From Candidatus Fraserbacteria bacterium (GTDB lineage Bacteria; Bipolaricaulota; Bipolaricaulia; RBG-16-55-9): a DNA stretch of 64,000 nucleotides. The stretch lies in the NCBI GenBank assembly GCA_037442925.1, contig JBBIPG010000002.1, forward strand, positions 12,916 to 76,915, in the 5' to 3' direction. The notes beneath the pieces were generated by a model. That model searched no databases. It was not told where the DNA came from and saw only the letters and a list, made by a program, of their open reading frames with translations. Below, one piece after another: positions 16,530 through 26,718 of the stretch; within the stretch, counting starts at the first letter, position 1, and each line of letters opens with the position of its first letter. The position numbers and the translations under genes were made by a program.

Positions 16530-17102
16530 ATGCCCAAGGGGCAGAGAATCTTACTCGTCTGTGTTCTGATCGGTGTGTTGCTCCTGGCCACTTGTGGAGG
16601 AAAAGAGACGGCTTCCAAGAAAGGAGATGAATCTATGGCAACTTCATTCATGCTGACAAGTCCTGCTTTTTCAGAGGGTGGACGCATTCCAGACCGCCAC
16701 ACTTGCGCGGCAGAAGATCTCTCGCCCCCGCTCAACTGGAGTGGAGTTCCTTCGGGGACGCAAAGTTTCGCGCTCGTCGTCGAAGATCCAGACGCCCCCA
16801 GTGGAACCTTCATTCATTGGGTGATCTACAATCTGCCACCCACGCTTACAAGCCTAAGCGAAGGATTGCCGCAAAGCGAGCAGTTGACAAACGGAGCCGC
16901 TCAAGGGATCAGCGATTTTGGGAGCATAGGCTATCGAGGCCCCTGTCCGCCGCGGGGAAAGCCTCATCGTTACTTCTTCATCTTGAGGGCGCTGGATACC
17001 CAACTGACACCGAAGCCCAAGATGACAAGAGTTCAATTGGAGAAGGAGATACAAGGCCATGTACTGGCAGAAGCCCGTCTGATGGGAACGTACAGTCGCT
17101 GA
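16530..17102 (+). CDS. YbhB/YbcL (PEBP/RKIP-like) protein with a lipoprotein-like leader
   Basis: SPPLNW, DPDAP, HWVIYN, YRGPCPP, HRYFF; hydrophobic leader ending LLATC. Confidence 0.9.
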   Translation: MPKGQRILLVCVLIGVLLLATCGGKETASKKGDESMATSFMLTSPAFSEGGRIPDRHTCAAEDLSPPLNWSGVPSGTQSFALVVEDPDAPSGTFIHWVIYNLPPTLTSLSEGLPQSEQLTNGAAQGISDFGSIGYRGPCPPRGKPHRYFFILRALDTQLTPKPKMTRVQLEKEIQGHVLAEARLMGTYSR

Positions 17103-17107
17103 TTGTT

Positions 17108-17806
17108 ATGACGATCCGAGCGGTTCTACTCGATGTGGGTAACGTGCTCGTGGACGAGACAGAACTCTATGAGATGTATCAGAACCAACTCTTGGAGCTC
17201 CTGCAAGATGATGGTATTGACGTGTCCCAAGACGAGATGAAAGAATATTTGCAGCAATTCTGGCAACGTGGCTTGTCCAACTACCGTGCAGCAATCCTCT
17301 GGCACTTCGTGAAGCCAGATATCGAGAAGTTTCGGCGATTGCGGAAGGATCTCAAACCTCTGCTGGCGTTCTATGAAGCTTGGAAGCCAAAGCTGATCTC
17401 TGGTGCCAAGGAAGCCGTCGCCTCGTTGAGTCAGAAGTACCAACTCGCACTGGCGGGAAACCAACCGACCCAGATCAAGAGATTTCTACAATCTCAAGAC
17501 ATCTTGCAATACTTTGAGTATCATCTTGTTTCCGAGGAAATGGGGCTGGCCAAGCCCGACCCACTCTTCTTTCAGATCATCTTGGATCGGCTGGGTGTAA
17601 GTCCCCAAGAAGCCGTGATGGTGGGGGATCGAGTGGACAATGATATCGCGCCAGCAAAACGACTGGGGCTGAAGACGATTCGCTTTTTGTTCTGGCCCTT
17701 TTCGCTCCAGAACGTGCACACGCCTCTAGAGATGCCGGACTGGACAATTGAGAATCTTGGAGAACTTCCTGAGACGATCACGGCCCTCAGCGTAGAGCCA
17801 GCATAG
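17108..17806 (+). CDS. HAD-family hydrolase
   Basis: LLDVGNVLVD (motif I), AKPDP, MVGDRVDND (motif IV). Confidence 0.88.
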   Translation: MTIRAVLLDVGNVLVDETELYEMYQNQLLELLQDDGIDVSQDEMKEYLQQFWQRGLSNYRAAILWHFVKPDIEKFRRLRKDLKPLLAFYEAWKPKLISGAKEAVASLSQKYQLALAGNQPTQIKRFLQSQDILQYFEYHLVSEEMGLAKPDPLFFQIILDRLGVSPQEAVMVGDRVDNDIAPAKRLGLKTIRFLFWPFSLQNVHTPLEMPDWTIENLGELPETITALSVEPA

Positions 17807-17816
17807 CTGAAAAACC

Positions 17817-17850
17817 AAGATCCCCGGAGCTTAGGAAGTCCGGGGATCTT
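17817..17850. terminator. Bidirectional terminator hairpin between convergent genes
   Basis: AAGATCCCCGGA-10 nt-TCCGGGGATCTT perfect 12-bp stem with an A-run on the left and T-rich sequence on the right. Confidence 0.8.
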
Positions 17851-17881
17851 TGTGCTGCTACGACCGTAGAGTGATAACGAC

Positions 17882-18592
17882 CTACCTCTTGACTTCGATC
17901 TTGTAGATCGTCTTGTTGGCGTCGAACTTGATCTCGACGCTTCTGCCGAGGTAGTTCGGTAGCTGATCGAATGAGATGCGACCTTCTTCCTCAACCTCGA
18001 CTTCTACGTTGTTCCTAACGGAGTAGACTCTGCCATCAACTGTGATCTTCAAGCCGGATACGTCGACAGCATCCAGCCGCCCCGTCGCTTCCCATTGGAC
18101 CTCGATCTGGTAGACTGTCGTGCTGGAACTGAGCTTTAGTTCGACAATCCTGCCGATGTAGTCCGCCAGTTGGGCAAAAGAGATATGCCCTTGATCCTCG
18201 ATTTTGACCTCTACGCTAGATGTGACGGAGTAGATTCGACCGTCAACGGTGATCGTCCATCCTGCCACATCTACGGCATCGAGTCTACCGCGCGTCTCCA
18301 GTTTGACTTCGATCTCGCGGACCGTGTTGTCTGTAGTGAGTTTCAGCTCAACGATCCTGCCCACGTAGTTGGGCAACTGGCTGAATAAGATGTGCCCTTG
18401 TTCCTCCACTTCGATCTCCACGTTGGGGCTGACGGAGTAGATCTGACCGTTGACGGTCACTTTCAGCGCTGGCACATCTACAGCATCGAGCCGCCCCTTG
18501 GCTTCGACTTCTCCATCCGAGCTGGCCCAAGCCCCTACCGCCAGTGCGGCCAGAACGATCACCACGAACATGAGTGAGTTGAACGCCTTCAT
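17882..18592 (-). CDS. Secreted protein with three tandem DUF5666-like beta-barrel repeats
   Basis: Signal peptide (AWA); three GRLDAVDV...ITVDG.IYSV...VE.K units; AGGAGGTG RBS before ATG 18592. Confidence 0.78.
   Translation of the reverse strand: MKAFNSLMFVVIVLAALAVGAWASSDGEVEAKGRLDAVDVPALKVTVNGQIYSVSPNVEIEVEEQGHILFSQLPNYVGRIVELKLTTDNTVREIEVKLETRGRLDAVDVAGWTITVDGRIYSVTSSVEVKIEDQGHISFAQLADYIGRIVELKLSSSTTVYQIEVQWEATGRLDAVDVSGLKITVDGRVYSVRNNVEVEVEEEGRISFDQLPNYLGRSVEIKFDANKTIYKIEVKR
17885..18506 (-). repeat. Intragenic tandem triplication, 207-bp period
   Basis: Equivalent GCATC (Asp-Ala) anchors at 18069, 18276 and 18483; boundaries approximate. Confidence 0.85.
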
Positions 18593-18613
18593 AGGGATCA
18601 CCTCCTTTCTGTT

Positions 18614-19096
18614 TCACTCATCAGCTGAGCTCTGCTTTTCAATGGGCTGAGTGAGTTTGACGCCTGCACCATGCTCATAGACGAGTTGGCCTCCGCGATA
18701 GCCTGTGACAGTGAGTAGACCCAAGCCGACGACTCCGGCGATCACATAGACTGCCAAAGCTACCCTAGACACCAGCGGTCGCTTGATCCAAGTCGTCGCC
18801 AGAAGAATTCGCAAAATCGCCACTGCCATCAGCAGATACGCCGTGAGTTGGCCAAGCTGAGCGTGGTTGTCCAAGACCGCTTCGCCAGCCTCACTCAAAC
18901 CCGCTTCTACCGTCTCTTCCACGCTGAGTCCCGTGAGCATCGCTGCTAAGGCACCCAGCGCACCCAAGACCACGAGTACGAGCCCCATCTTCTTCAGCGT
19001 TTCTCGTTCGGCTAGATGCCCCATCACGTCAACCACCAAGCCCGTGATGAAGAGCGCGATGGGGAAGTGGACTACAATCGGATGTACATTCGGCAT
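18614..19096 (-). CDS. DUF2231-family membrane protein
   Basis: HPIVVHFPIAL N-terminus, four hydrophobic helices, internal His, TGYRGGQLVY.HG.GV C-terminus. Confidence 0.85.
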   Translation of the reverse strand: MPNVHPIVVHFPIALFITGLVVDVMGHLAERETLKKMGLVLVVLGALGALAAMLTGLSVEETVEAGLSEAGEAVLDNHAQLGQLTAYLLMAVAILRILLATTWIKRPLVSRVALAVYVIAGVVGLGLLTVTGYRGGQLVYEHGAGVKLTQPIEKQSSADE

Positions 19097-19167
19097 ATAC
19101 TCATGCTCCTCTCTGGATCACAGCCCCAGCTTACGCCATTGCCGGTGAAGGACCCATAGCAGGGAGA

Positions 19168-19206
19168 GGAAAACCCTCTGAAAGGTGGGTGAAAAATCGG
19201 TGAAAA
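19168..19206 (-). promoter_or_regulatory. Four 11-bp-phased repeats, putative OmpR-family operator
   Basis: GAAA at 19169, 19180, 19191 and 19202 on + (the last two are GGTGAAAA), between the response regulator and the DUF2231 gene. Confidence 0.65.
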
Positions 19207-19224
19207 CGCTGGACGTGGGTCTGG

Positions 19225-19887
19225 CTACGCTGCCAGCTTGTACCCGAAGCCGGCCACTGTCTGAATCAGTTTGGGTCTTTTAGCATTCTGTTCCACTTTA
19301 CGTCGCAAGAGATAGATATAGCGCTTGACATCGGTGGAAGAAGCCAGGCTCCCTTCCGGCCAGATGCTCTTGATGATCTCTGCATCCGAGAAGACGCGGC
19401 CGGGTTGCGAAGCCAGGAGCTTCAAGAGATCGTACTCTTTAGGCGAAAGCCTCACTTCATGCCCTCGCCGCCTGACGATCTTGCGCACATCGTCGATCTC
19501 AAGTTCCCCAACTCTAAAGAGGGCCACCGGCCCCAGGCGACGTATTACGGCCTCCAGGCGCGCCTCAACCTCGCGCAGCTTGAAGGGTTTTACAATATAA
19601 TCGTCTGCCCCAGCCTGCAGGGCTTGCACGACATCGTCCGTGGCATCTCTTGCCGTGATCATGAGCACGGGAGTTTGCCCCGATGCGCGGATGTAATGCA
19701 AGACTTCCCAGCCGTCCAGCTTGGGCATCATGATGTCCAGCAAGACTATGTCTGGCTTGAGTTCGGAGTACTGCTTGATGGCTTCCATGCCGTCGGCAGC
19801 CGTGATGATCTCATACTCTTTGGCAGCCAGAAATGTCTTCAGAATCTCGCGGGCATCGGCATCGTCCTCGGCAATCAGAATCTTCAT
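19225..19887 (-). CDS. OmpR-family response regulator
   Basis: EDD, LLDIMMP, ADDYIVKPF, LSPKEYDLL, IQTVAGFGY. Confidence 0.95.
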   Translation of the reverse strand: MKILIAEDDADAREILKTFLAAKEYEIITAADGMEAIKQYSELKPDIVLLDIMMPKLDGWEVLHYIRASGQTPVLMITARDATDDVVQALQAGADDYIVKPFKLREVEARLEAVIRRLGPVALFRVGELEIDDVRKIVRRRGHEVRLSPKEYDLLKLLASQPGRVFSDAEIIKSIWPEGSLASSTDVKRYIYLLRRKVEQNAKRPKLIQTVAGFGYKLAA

Positions 19888-21272
19888 CGCTCGCTCCTTC
19901 GCGGGAGGGATATGTAAAAGGTGCTTCCCTGATGGAGTTGGCTCTCGACCCAGACGCGTCCACCGTGCATTTCCACGTAACGCTTGACGATAGCCAATCC
20001 CAGCCCCAAGCCTTCCGTTTCACGTGTCGTCGAAGCGTCCAGTTGGGTAAAGGGCTCGAAGATCCGCTTCTGATCTTCCTCTTTGATCCCGATCCCACTG
20101 TCATGCACCGCGAAGAGCACTGTATCTCTCTTCTGTTGAAGTCGAATCTCCACAGATCCCTGTTCGGTGTACTTGATGGCATTGCTCAACAAGTTAATGA
20201 GAATCTGCTTGAGTTTTGTGCGATCGGCTTGCAATGGCAGAGCGCTCTTTCGCCCGAAACGAAGGGTGACCTTCTTGGCAAGTGCCAGCGCTTCTACACT
20301 GTGCATCGCTTCCTCAACGACGTGCTTGGCATCGACCTGCTCCATGTGGAGTTTCTCCTCACCCATCTCCAGCTTGGAGAACCGCAGCACATTCTCGATC
20401 AACTCCGAGAGATGTTCTCCCGATCTCATGATGGCATCCAGGCGCTTCTTCTGAGCCTGGTTGAGGCGACCCTCGACCTCCTCCTTCAGCAGTTGTGCGG
20501 AGCCGAGCAGTGTGTGAAGTGGGGTGCGCAGTTCGTGACCCATGATGGTGAGAAACTCCGACTTGGCGCGATTGGATTTCTCCAGCTCTTGCTTTGTGTG
20601 AACGATCGAGTCTGCCATGTGATTGAATTCTTCTGATAGCGTCTCCAGCTCGTCCCCGCTTTTGACAGAAGACCGCGCCTCGAACATCCCTCGGCCAAAC
20701 GCCCGCACGGATGCCATCAACTGTTCCACCGGCCGCAAGATGACTCGATAAAGCCCGAATGCCACCAGTGTCCCTAGCAGTATAAAGCCGACGCTGGCAC
20801 CCGAGACGATCAGAATGTCCTGCCCAATCTCGTACTGGATATACGTAATCGAAAGCCCCAAACGGACATAGCCTGAGCTGCTGCGTTGTTTGATGTCTAG
20901 ATATGGCGTGCCGTCGAGCAGACGACCGCGACGGATCTCAAACTCTGCTGTCACCGCTTCCGTTGGCAGATCGACCGCAACACGCTTTTCTTCAGCGAGA
21001 ACTCTTTGGTCTTGGACGATCTGCGCGTAGATGACGGGTTCTTCGAGGAGGTTCCGCAGCAGCCCTGGCAGCCTATTCTCCTCACCTAACGAGAGCAGGT
21101 GGGCCGTTTCTGTGACGGTATGTTTCGCTAACTGTCGGCCTCGTTCCACAAACTGTTCTTCGAGCTCGTAGGCCATGCGATAGGCAGCAATTGCCCCAAA
21201 CAGAATCGAAAGCAGGATCGTAAAGGCAACGAACGCAACGATGAATTTGCCCTTCAGGCCAAAACGTCGCAT
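19884..21272 (-). CDS. HAMP-domain sensor histidine kinase
   Basis: Two TM helices, HAMP, HELRTPL, NLLSNAIKY, DSGIGI, GLGLGL. Confidence 0.95.
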   Translation of the reverse strand: MRRFGLKGKFIVAFVAFTILLSILFGAIAAYRMAYELEEQFVERGRQLAKHTVTETAHLLSLGEENRLPGLLRNLLEEPVIYAQIVQDQRVLAEEKRVAVDLPTEAVTAEFEIRRGRLLDGTPYLDIKQRSSSGYVRLGLSITYIQYEIGQDILIVSGASVGFILLGTLVAFGLYRVILRPVEQLMASVRAFGRGMFEARSSVKSGDELETLSEEFNHMADSIVHTKQELEKSNRAKSEFLTIMGHELRTPLHTLLGSAQLLKEEVEGRLNQAQKKRLDAIMRSGEHLSELIENVLRFSKLEMGEEKLHMEQVDAKHVVEEAMHSVEALALAKKVTLRFGRKSALPLQADRTKLKQILINLLSNAIKYTEQGSVEIRLQQKRDTVLFAVHDSGIGIKEEDQKRIFEPFTQLDASTTRETEGLGLGLAIVKRYVEMHGGRVWVESQLHQGSTFYISLPRRSER

Positions 21273-21299
21273 GGCACGCCGTAAGTCTAGAGCCTGCCT

Positions 21300-21737
21300 T
21301 CAGGATTTTCCGCGAGCTTTGCGGTTTTTCTTCCTCTCCACGGCATAGGCCATCTCAGACAACGTTGTCGATTGCAGATATTCCTTGATCTGCTGGCGCA
21401 GTGGCTTGAACGTCTCATGGAGCGGACAGGGCATCTTGTCGTTGCACCGGGAGAGTCCTACGGCACACTCGTCCAAGTCAGCCACGCCATCCACGGCTTT
21501 CTTGATCTCGTAGAGGGTGAACCTCTCTGCGGCCTTGGCCAGCTGGAAACCGCCTCCGGGTCCCTTGGTGGATCGTAGGAGCCCATCTCGAGCCAGATCT
21601 TGTAAGATCTTGCTTAAGAAATAGTGTGGGATCTTCTCGCTCTGGGAGATCTCCTTGGTGAGACAGAGCCTATCCGGATGCCGCGCCAAGTATGTCAAGG
21701 CCCGAATGGCATACTCGCAAGCGTTCGAATAGATCAT
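21300..21737 (-). CDS. Rrf2-family regulator (IscR-like Cys3-His)
   Basis: EYAIRAL, KGPGGGFQLAK, CAVGLSRCNDKMPCPLH. Confidence 0.92.
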   Translation of the reverse strand: MIYSNACEYAIRALTYLARHPDRLCLTKEISQSEKIPHYFLSKILQDLARDGLLRSTKGPGGGFQLAKAAERFTLYEIKKAVDGVADLDECAVGLSRCNDKMPCPLHETFKPLRQQIKEYLQSTTLSEMAYAVERKKNRKARGKS

Positions 21738-21754
21738 AATGAGAACCAGAAATC

Positions 21755-21783
21755 TTTATAACACAATTCGGTCGTTGTTTCAA
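21755..21783 (-). promoter_or_regulatory. Sigma70 promoter of rrf2 copy 1
   Basis: TTGAAA-17 nt-TATAAA with TGn extension on the minus strand; very short leader with no SD. Confidence 0.65.
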
Positions 21784-24248
21784 GTTTTATGGCGCTTCGG
21801 AGGAGTTGGTGGCTTTCTTTTCGTCACTTTTGCCTGCTTCTTGCGTGCTGGCTCTTCTTCCGGGGCTTCTTGGAGGCACTCGGCCAGCTCTTTCAATCGT
21901 TCCTGGATGCGATAGTTTACCGTGTCCTTAGGAAACGTTCCATCGGAGGCACGCTCCCCCGCGGGGACGCCGGTCAGGATCTCTATGCCCTCGTCGATTG
22001 TCTTTACGGCCCACACATGGAATCTGCCTGCTTGCACCGCATCGATCACTTCTTCGCGCAACATCAAGTTCCGCACGTTGCTCGCGGGGATCATCACTCC
22101 CTGCTCCCCCGTCAGCCCTTGGATTTGACAGATCTCGAAGAAACCTTCGATCTTCTCGTTCACGCCACCGATGGCCTGGATCTCGCCATGCTGGTTGACC
22201 GAGCCCGTTACGGCAATGCTCTGTTTGAGAGGGAGTCCCGCAAGCGACGAGAGGAGGGCGTAGAGTTCCGCGCTGGAAGCGCTATCGCCCTCGATGCCTT
22301 CGTAGCTCTGCTCAAATACCAATCGCGCTGCCAGCGTGATCGGCATTCCTTGCGCGTACTTGTGAGAGAGGTAGCCGCTTAAGATCATGACCCCCTTGCT
22401 GTGAATGGGGCCACCCAGCTCGACTTCACGCTCGATGTCGATGATCCCTTCTCGTCCCGGTGCTACGCTGGCTGTGATGCGAACCGGTCGTCCAAACTCA
22501 TAATCGCCCAGATGGATCACGGAAAGACCATTCACTTGACCCAGGGCATAATCGCGGGTATCGATCAAGAGGGTTCCTTTGGCAATGAGCTCCTGAATGC
22601 GATCCCGCAGCAAGCTCTCACGATAGACTTTCTCTCGTAAGGCGCGGTGGACGTGCTCGGCGGTCACATACAAGGAATTCTCTTGAGTCGCCCAGAAGTG
22701 GGCTTCTCGTACGAGATCGGCAATCGCGCCGAAGTGGGTGGAGAGTTTTCCTTGATCTTCCGCTCGGCGCGCGGCATACTCCAGCATCTTGGCCATAGCG
22801 CTGGCATCCAAGTGTTTGAGCTTCTCCTTCTGGCAGAGGGTACACAAGAAGGAGAGGAAATTCCGCACGTTCTCTTGGGTGCAGTCCATGTGGGTATCGA
22901 AGTCGGCTTTGACCTTGAAGAGCTCGGCAAACTCATCATCGTAGGTGTGCAACAGATAATACAAGATAGGCTCTCCTACGAGGAGCACTTTCACATCCAG
23001 GGGGATGGGTTGCGGTCGCAGGCTCTTGGTGCTCAGAAATCCCAGACGTTCCCCCAGCTCCTCGATCTGGATCTCCTGACTGCGCAGTGCCCGCTTCAGC
23101 CCATCCCAACTGAAGAGATTGCTTAAGAGGTCTTCGACCGGCAGGACTAAATAGCCCCCATTCGCCCGATGGAGCGCGCCCGCTTTGATCATCGTGAAAT
23201 CGGTGTAGAGAGCACCGAAGACCGTCTCCTTCTCGATGCGCCCGAAGAGATTGCTGTGGCTGGGATTGAACTCCACGACGACCGGCGCTCCCTGCTGCTC
23301 ACTGTTGTCCACCAGCACGTTGACCTGGTATTTCCGAAAGGGGAGATCCGACAGCCATGGCGTGGGAGGGCCCGCTTCCGCAGGAGGCGGAGAGTCCGTC
23401 GGTTTCGCCTTGAAAGAGTCTATATTTTCGAGAATGTCTTGGGACACGGCTTCGAGATGATCTATTACTTGCGGTAGGTCTTGGTATTTCTCCAGAAGCT
23501 CTTCGATCAAGCCACCGACGATGTAGAGGGCTACTTGCTGATCCAATTCTTGGATTTCCCCTTGGGCGGCGCGTTCCAGTTCGCGCGCTTGCTTCATCAT
23601 GACCTTTAGTTCCTCCTGCAGCTGCTCGCGGCGCCGTTGCAGATCCTCGCGTACGGTCGCGGGCAAAGCGAGAAATTCCGCATCACTTAAGGGTTTGCCT
23701 CCCACCACAGGCACCATCATGACGCCCAAGGGTGTGGCCTGTAGGGTGAAGCCTGCTTCCGCCGCTTGTGCACCCAAGCGTTGCAGCATCGCTTCTCGCT
23801 GTTGGTTCACTGCTTTGACGATCTCGTCACGACGGGCGTTGTATTCATCGCTCTCAAAGACTTTGGGGATCTCTCGGCGCGCATGCTCGAGGAAGTTCTT
23901 CATGTCCCGCTGGAGCTCTTTACCGCGACCTGGAGGAAGCTTCATCACTTGGGGTTGATCAGGATCCGCGAAGTCATTCACATAGCACCAGTCCGGCGGA
24001 GTCTCTTTCTGTTTCGCAAGCTTCTCCAAGAACGCCTTGATGGCCGTCATTTTGCCGATGCCCGGCAGTCCAGCGACATACGTGTTGAAGCCGATCGCTT
24101 GGATGCCCAAGCCAAATCGCAGGGCATTGACCGCGCGTTCCTGGCCGATGATGCCCTCCAGCAATGGGAGATTCTCCGTGGTTTCGCAGTCAAGTTCTTT
24201 GGGATCAAACACGCGTCGAAGTTGCGTGGGTGACAGTTTCTGACTCAT
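21780..24248 (-). CDS. Lon-like (S16, LonC-type) protease
   Basis: IGQERA, GLPGIGKMT, GALHRANGGYL, HSKG, FEQSY..EGDSAS (catalytic Ser), GGVNEKIEG (Lys). Confidence 0.9.
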   Translation of the reverse strand: MSQKLSPTQLRRVFDPKELDCETTENLPLLEGIIGQERAVNALRFGLGIQAIGFNTYVAGLPGIGKMTAIKAFLEKLAKQKETPPDWCYVNDFADPDQPQVMKLPPGRGKELQRDMKNFLEHARREIPKVFESDEYNARRDEIVKAVNQQREAMLQRLGAQAAEAGFTLQATPLGVMMVPVVGGKPLSDAEFLALPATVREDLQRRREQLQEELKVMMKQARELERAAQGEIQELDQQVALYIVGGLIEELLEKYQDLPQVIDHLEAVSQDILENIDSFKAKPTDSPPPAEAGPPTPWLSDLPFRKYQVNVLVDNSEQQGAPVVVEFNPSHSNLFGRIEKETVFGALYTDFTMIKAGALHRANGGYLVLPVEDLLSNLFSWDGLKRALRSQEIQIEELGERLGFLSTKSLRPQPIPLDVKVLLVGEPILYYLLHTYDDEFAELFKVKADFDTHMDCTQENVRNFLSFLCTLCQKEKLKHLDASAMAKMLEYAARRAEDQGKLSTHFGAIADLVREAHFWATQENSLYVTAEHVHRALREKVYRESLLRDRIQELIAKGTLLIDTRDYALGQVNGLSVIHLGDYEFGRPVRITASVAPGREGIIDIEREVELGGPIHSKGVMILSGYLSHKYAQGMPITLAARLVFEQSYEGIEGDSASSAELYALLSSLAGLPLKQSIAVTGSVNQHGEIQAIGGVNEKIEGFFEICQIQGLTGEQGVMIPASNVRNLMLREEVIDAVQAGRFHVWAVKTIDEGIEILTGVPAGERASDGTFPKDTVNYRIQERLKELAECLQEAPEEEPARKKQAKVTKRKPPTPPKRHKT

Positions 24249-24291
24249 CGATAGCCTCCCCTGCGATGATTAAAGCAAAAGAGTTTGGACC

Positions 24292-25347
24292 TTAGCAAAT
24301 CCTCGGTAATTGCTCACCACTCAGCATATCCAGAATGCGATTGGCACCAATGTGACTCTGTAGCCTCACGAGGCCACCGCGATCCTCGGTAACCCGACCG
24401 ATCAGAGACGCATTTCGACCCAAGTCGTCCGCTCGCATCAGCTCAAGAGCGCGCTCTACATCCGACGGGGAGACAAATGCGATGAATCGACCCTCGTTCG
24501 CGACGTAGAGGGGATCAAGCCCCAACAGCTCACAGGCGCCCTGCACATCGTCTCTTACGGGAATCGCACTCTCCTCCACGGCGATGCCAGTTCCCGCGGC
24601 CTGCGCGATTTCATTCAAGGCACTGGCCAAGCCGCCGCGTGTGAGGTCTCGCAGACAGTGAATCGCAATGCCTGCGTCGAGCAGCCTGAGCACCAGGCGG
24701 TTCATGGGTGCAGAATCGCTCTCGATCTCGCTTTCAAACGCCAAGCCTTCGCGTACCGCCATGACCGCGATCCCATGGCGTCCAATATCCCCATTTAGCA
24801 AGATGAGATCACCAGGCTTCACATTCTTGGGAAGGATGGAGACGCCATGCTCGATGCTTCCGATGCCTGCTGTATTGATAAACACGCCATCTCCCTTCCC
24901 TTTATCGACGACTTTCGTGTCGCCGGTGACCAGCTGCACTCCGGCGAGTTCTGCTGCCTGTTGCATCGAGCGCACCACACGCCAGAGTGTTTCCATCGGC
25001 AATCCCTCTTCCAAAATCAAACCGGCACTCAAGAATAGAGGCCGTGCGCCACACATAGCCAGATCGTTCACCGTGCCGTAGATAGCCAATTTCCCGATGT
25101 CTCCGCCGGGGAAGAAGAGCGGGCGCACCACATACGAGTCCGTCGTGAAGGCCAACTTTGCCCCATTGAAATTGACAATAGCTCCGTCGTGGCGTTCGTC
25201 GAGATAGGGGTTCTTGAAGGCCGGTCCGAAGATCTTCTCGATGAGTTGATGCATGAGTCTTCCTCCACCCCCGTGCGCGAGCAGCACCTGAGGGTACTCC
25301 GAGATGGGAATCGGACAACTGAGCATGAAATCTTCTCTTTCGGCCAT
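24292..25347 (-). CDS. hypE: Hydrogenase maturation protein HypE
   Basis: AHGGGG, TTDSYVV, VNDLAM, GDTKVV, RDLTRGG, C-terminal LPRIC. Confidence 0.96.
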   Translation of the reverse strand: MAEREDFMLSCPIPISEYPQVLLAHGGGGRLMHQLIEKIFGPAFKNPYLDERHDGAIVNFNGAKLAFTTDSYVVRPLFFPGGDIGKLAIYGTVNDLAMCGARPLFLSAGLILEEGLPMETLWRVVRSMQQAAELAGVQLVTGDTKVVDKGKGDGVFINTAGIGSIEHGVSILPKNVKPGDLILLNGDIGRHGIAVMAVREGLAFESEIESDSAPMNRLVLRLLDAGIAIHCLRDLTRGGLASALNEIAQAAGTGIAVEESAIPVRDDVQGACELLGLDPLYVANEGRFIAFVSPSDVERALELMRADDLGRNASLIGRVTEDRGGLVRLQSHIGANRILDMLSGEQLPRIC

Positions 25348-26462
25348 CAAGACCCCTTGATTACACGGGCTGTCGCGGGCATGCGCCGGTAACGGTAGTA
25401 AGCAGCACAAGCTCCTTCCGAAGAGACCATCGTTGCTCCTAAAGGGTGTTCGGGAGTACAGCGTGTCCCGAAGGTGGGACACTCGTGCGGCTTCTTGATG
25501 CCCTGCAAGATGAGGCCACTGATGCATTCCGAAGATTCCTCGACCGTGTGCGCGGCGACGCCAAAGCGCCGCTCGGCATCGTATTCGGCGAATCTCGGCT
25601 GCAATCCTAATCCACTCTGAGGGATCTCCCCCATGCCGCGCCACTTGCGCGGGATAACTCGAAAGACCTCGCGAATGAGCTGCTGAGCTACTCGATTGCC
25701 CTCTCGGCGAACGGATCGCGTGTACTGGTTCTCCACTTCGGCTCGGCCCTCTTCGAGTTGCCGGACACACATGTAGACGCCCTGGAGAATGTCCAACGGC
25801 TCAAAGCCGGTGACCACAATGGGGACTCTGTATTTCTTCGCGATCGGTTCGTATTCCGTGTAGCCCATCACCGTGCAGACGTGACCAGCAGCTAAGAAAC
25901 CCTGCACACGGTTGTGGGGTGAGGAGAGCAGAGCCTCCATCGCCGGAGGGACCAAGACGTGCGATACCAGCATCGAGAAATTTCTGATGTTCTGTTGATA
26001 CGCTTGATAGACGGCCATCGCATTCGCGGGGGCTGTGGTTTCAAAACCCACGGCGAAGAAGACGACCTCTTTGCTGGGATTCTCTTGTGCGATCCGGAGG
26101 GCATCGAGTGGGGAGTAAACGATGCGAACGTCGCCTCCATTGGCTTTCGCACTCAGCAAGTCTTTCTTAGTGCCCGGCACGCGCAGCATGTCTCCGAACG
26201 AACAGAAGATGACATCGGGGCGTGAGGCGATCTCGATGGCTTTATCAATCAATTCCACGGATGTGACGCACACCGGGCATCCGGGGCCGTGCACCAGCGT
26301 GAGCGCTTCGGGCAGGAATTCATCGATGCCAAACTTGACAATGGCGTGGGTCTGTCCGCCACACACTTCCATGAGCGTCCAGGGTCTGGTTGCGATGCGC
26401 TGAATCAGACGTGCGTAGCGCTGTGCTGCCTGGGCATCGCGGTATTCACTGATGAATCTCAT
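25347..26462 (-). CDS. hypD: Hydrogenase maturation protein HypD
   Basis: [22 protein letters not shown]-terminal Cys cluster with [10 protein letters not shown]. Confidence 0.96.
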   Translation of the reverse strand: MRFISEYRDAQAAQRYARLIQRIATRPWTLMEVCGGQTHAIVKFGIDEFLPEALTLVHGPGCPVCVTSVELIDKAIEIASRPDVIFCSFGDMLRVPGTKKDLLSAKANGGDVRIVYSPLDALRIAQENPSKEVVFFAVGFETTAPANAMAVYQAYQQNIRNFSMLVSHVLVPPAMEALLSSPHNRVQGFLAAGHVCTVMGYTEYEPIAKKYRVPIVVTGFEPLDILQGVYMCVRQLEEGRAEVENQYTRSVRREGNRVAQQLIREVFRVIPRKWRGMGEIPQSGLGLQPRFAEYDAERRFGVAAHTVEESSECISGLILQGIKKPHECPTFGTRCTPEHPLGATMVSSEGACAAYYRYRRMPATARVIKGS

Positions 26463-26713
26463 GTTGTTCCTGACTCCAGCTCTTTCAGTTCATCCATCTG
26501 CCGTAAGTACTCGAAAACGCGCTCGGCTTCTTGCTCATCGAGTGTGCTGATGGCAAAGCCCACATGCACGATGACGTAGTCGCCGACGTTGGCCTCGGGC
26601 ACATAGGCGAGATGGACTTCTTTGATGATGCCGCCGAAGTTGACTCTGCCAGTGCGCCACAGTGGGTCATCACTACTGATGCTTTCGATGCGACCGGGAA
26701 CGGCAAGGCACAT
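26459..26713 (-). CDS. hypC: Hydrogenase chaperone HypC
   Basis: MCLAVPG N-terminus, [11 protein letters not shown]. Confidence 0.95.
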   Translation of the reverse strand: MCLAVPGRIESISSDDPLWRTGRVNFGGIIKEVHLAYVPEANVGDYVIVHVGFAISTLDEQEAERVFEYLRQMDELKELESGTT

Positions 26714-26718
26714 GGCGA

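Noticed and set aside
17882..18592. Periodic repeats as a possible CRISPR array
   Set aside because: Degenerate 207-bp coding repeats without spacers; no cas genes.
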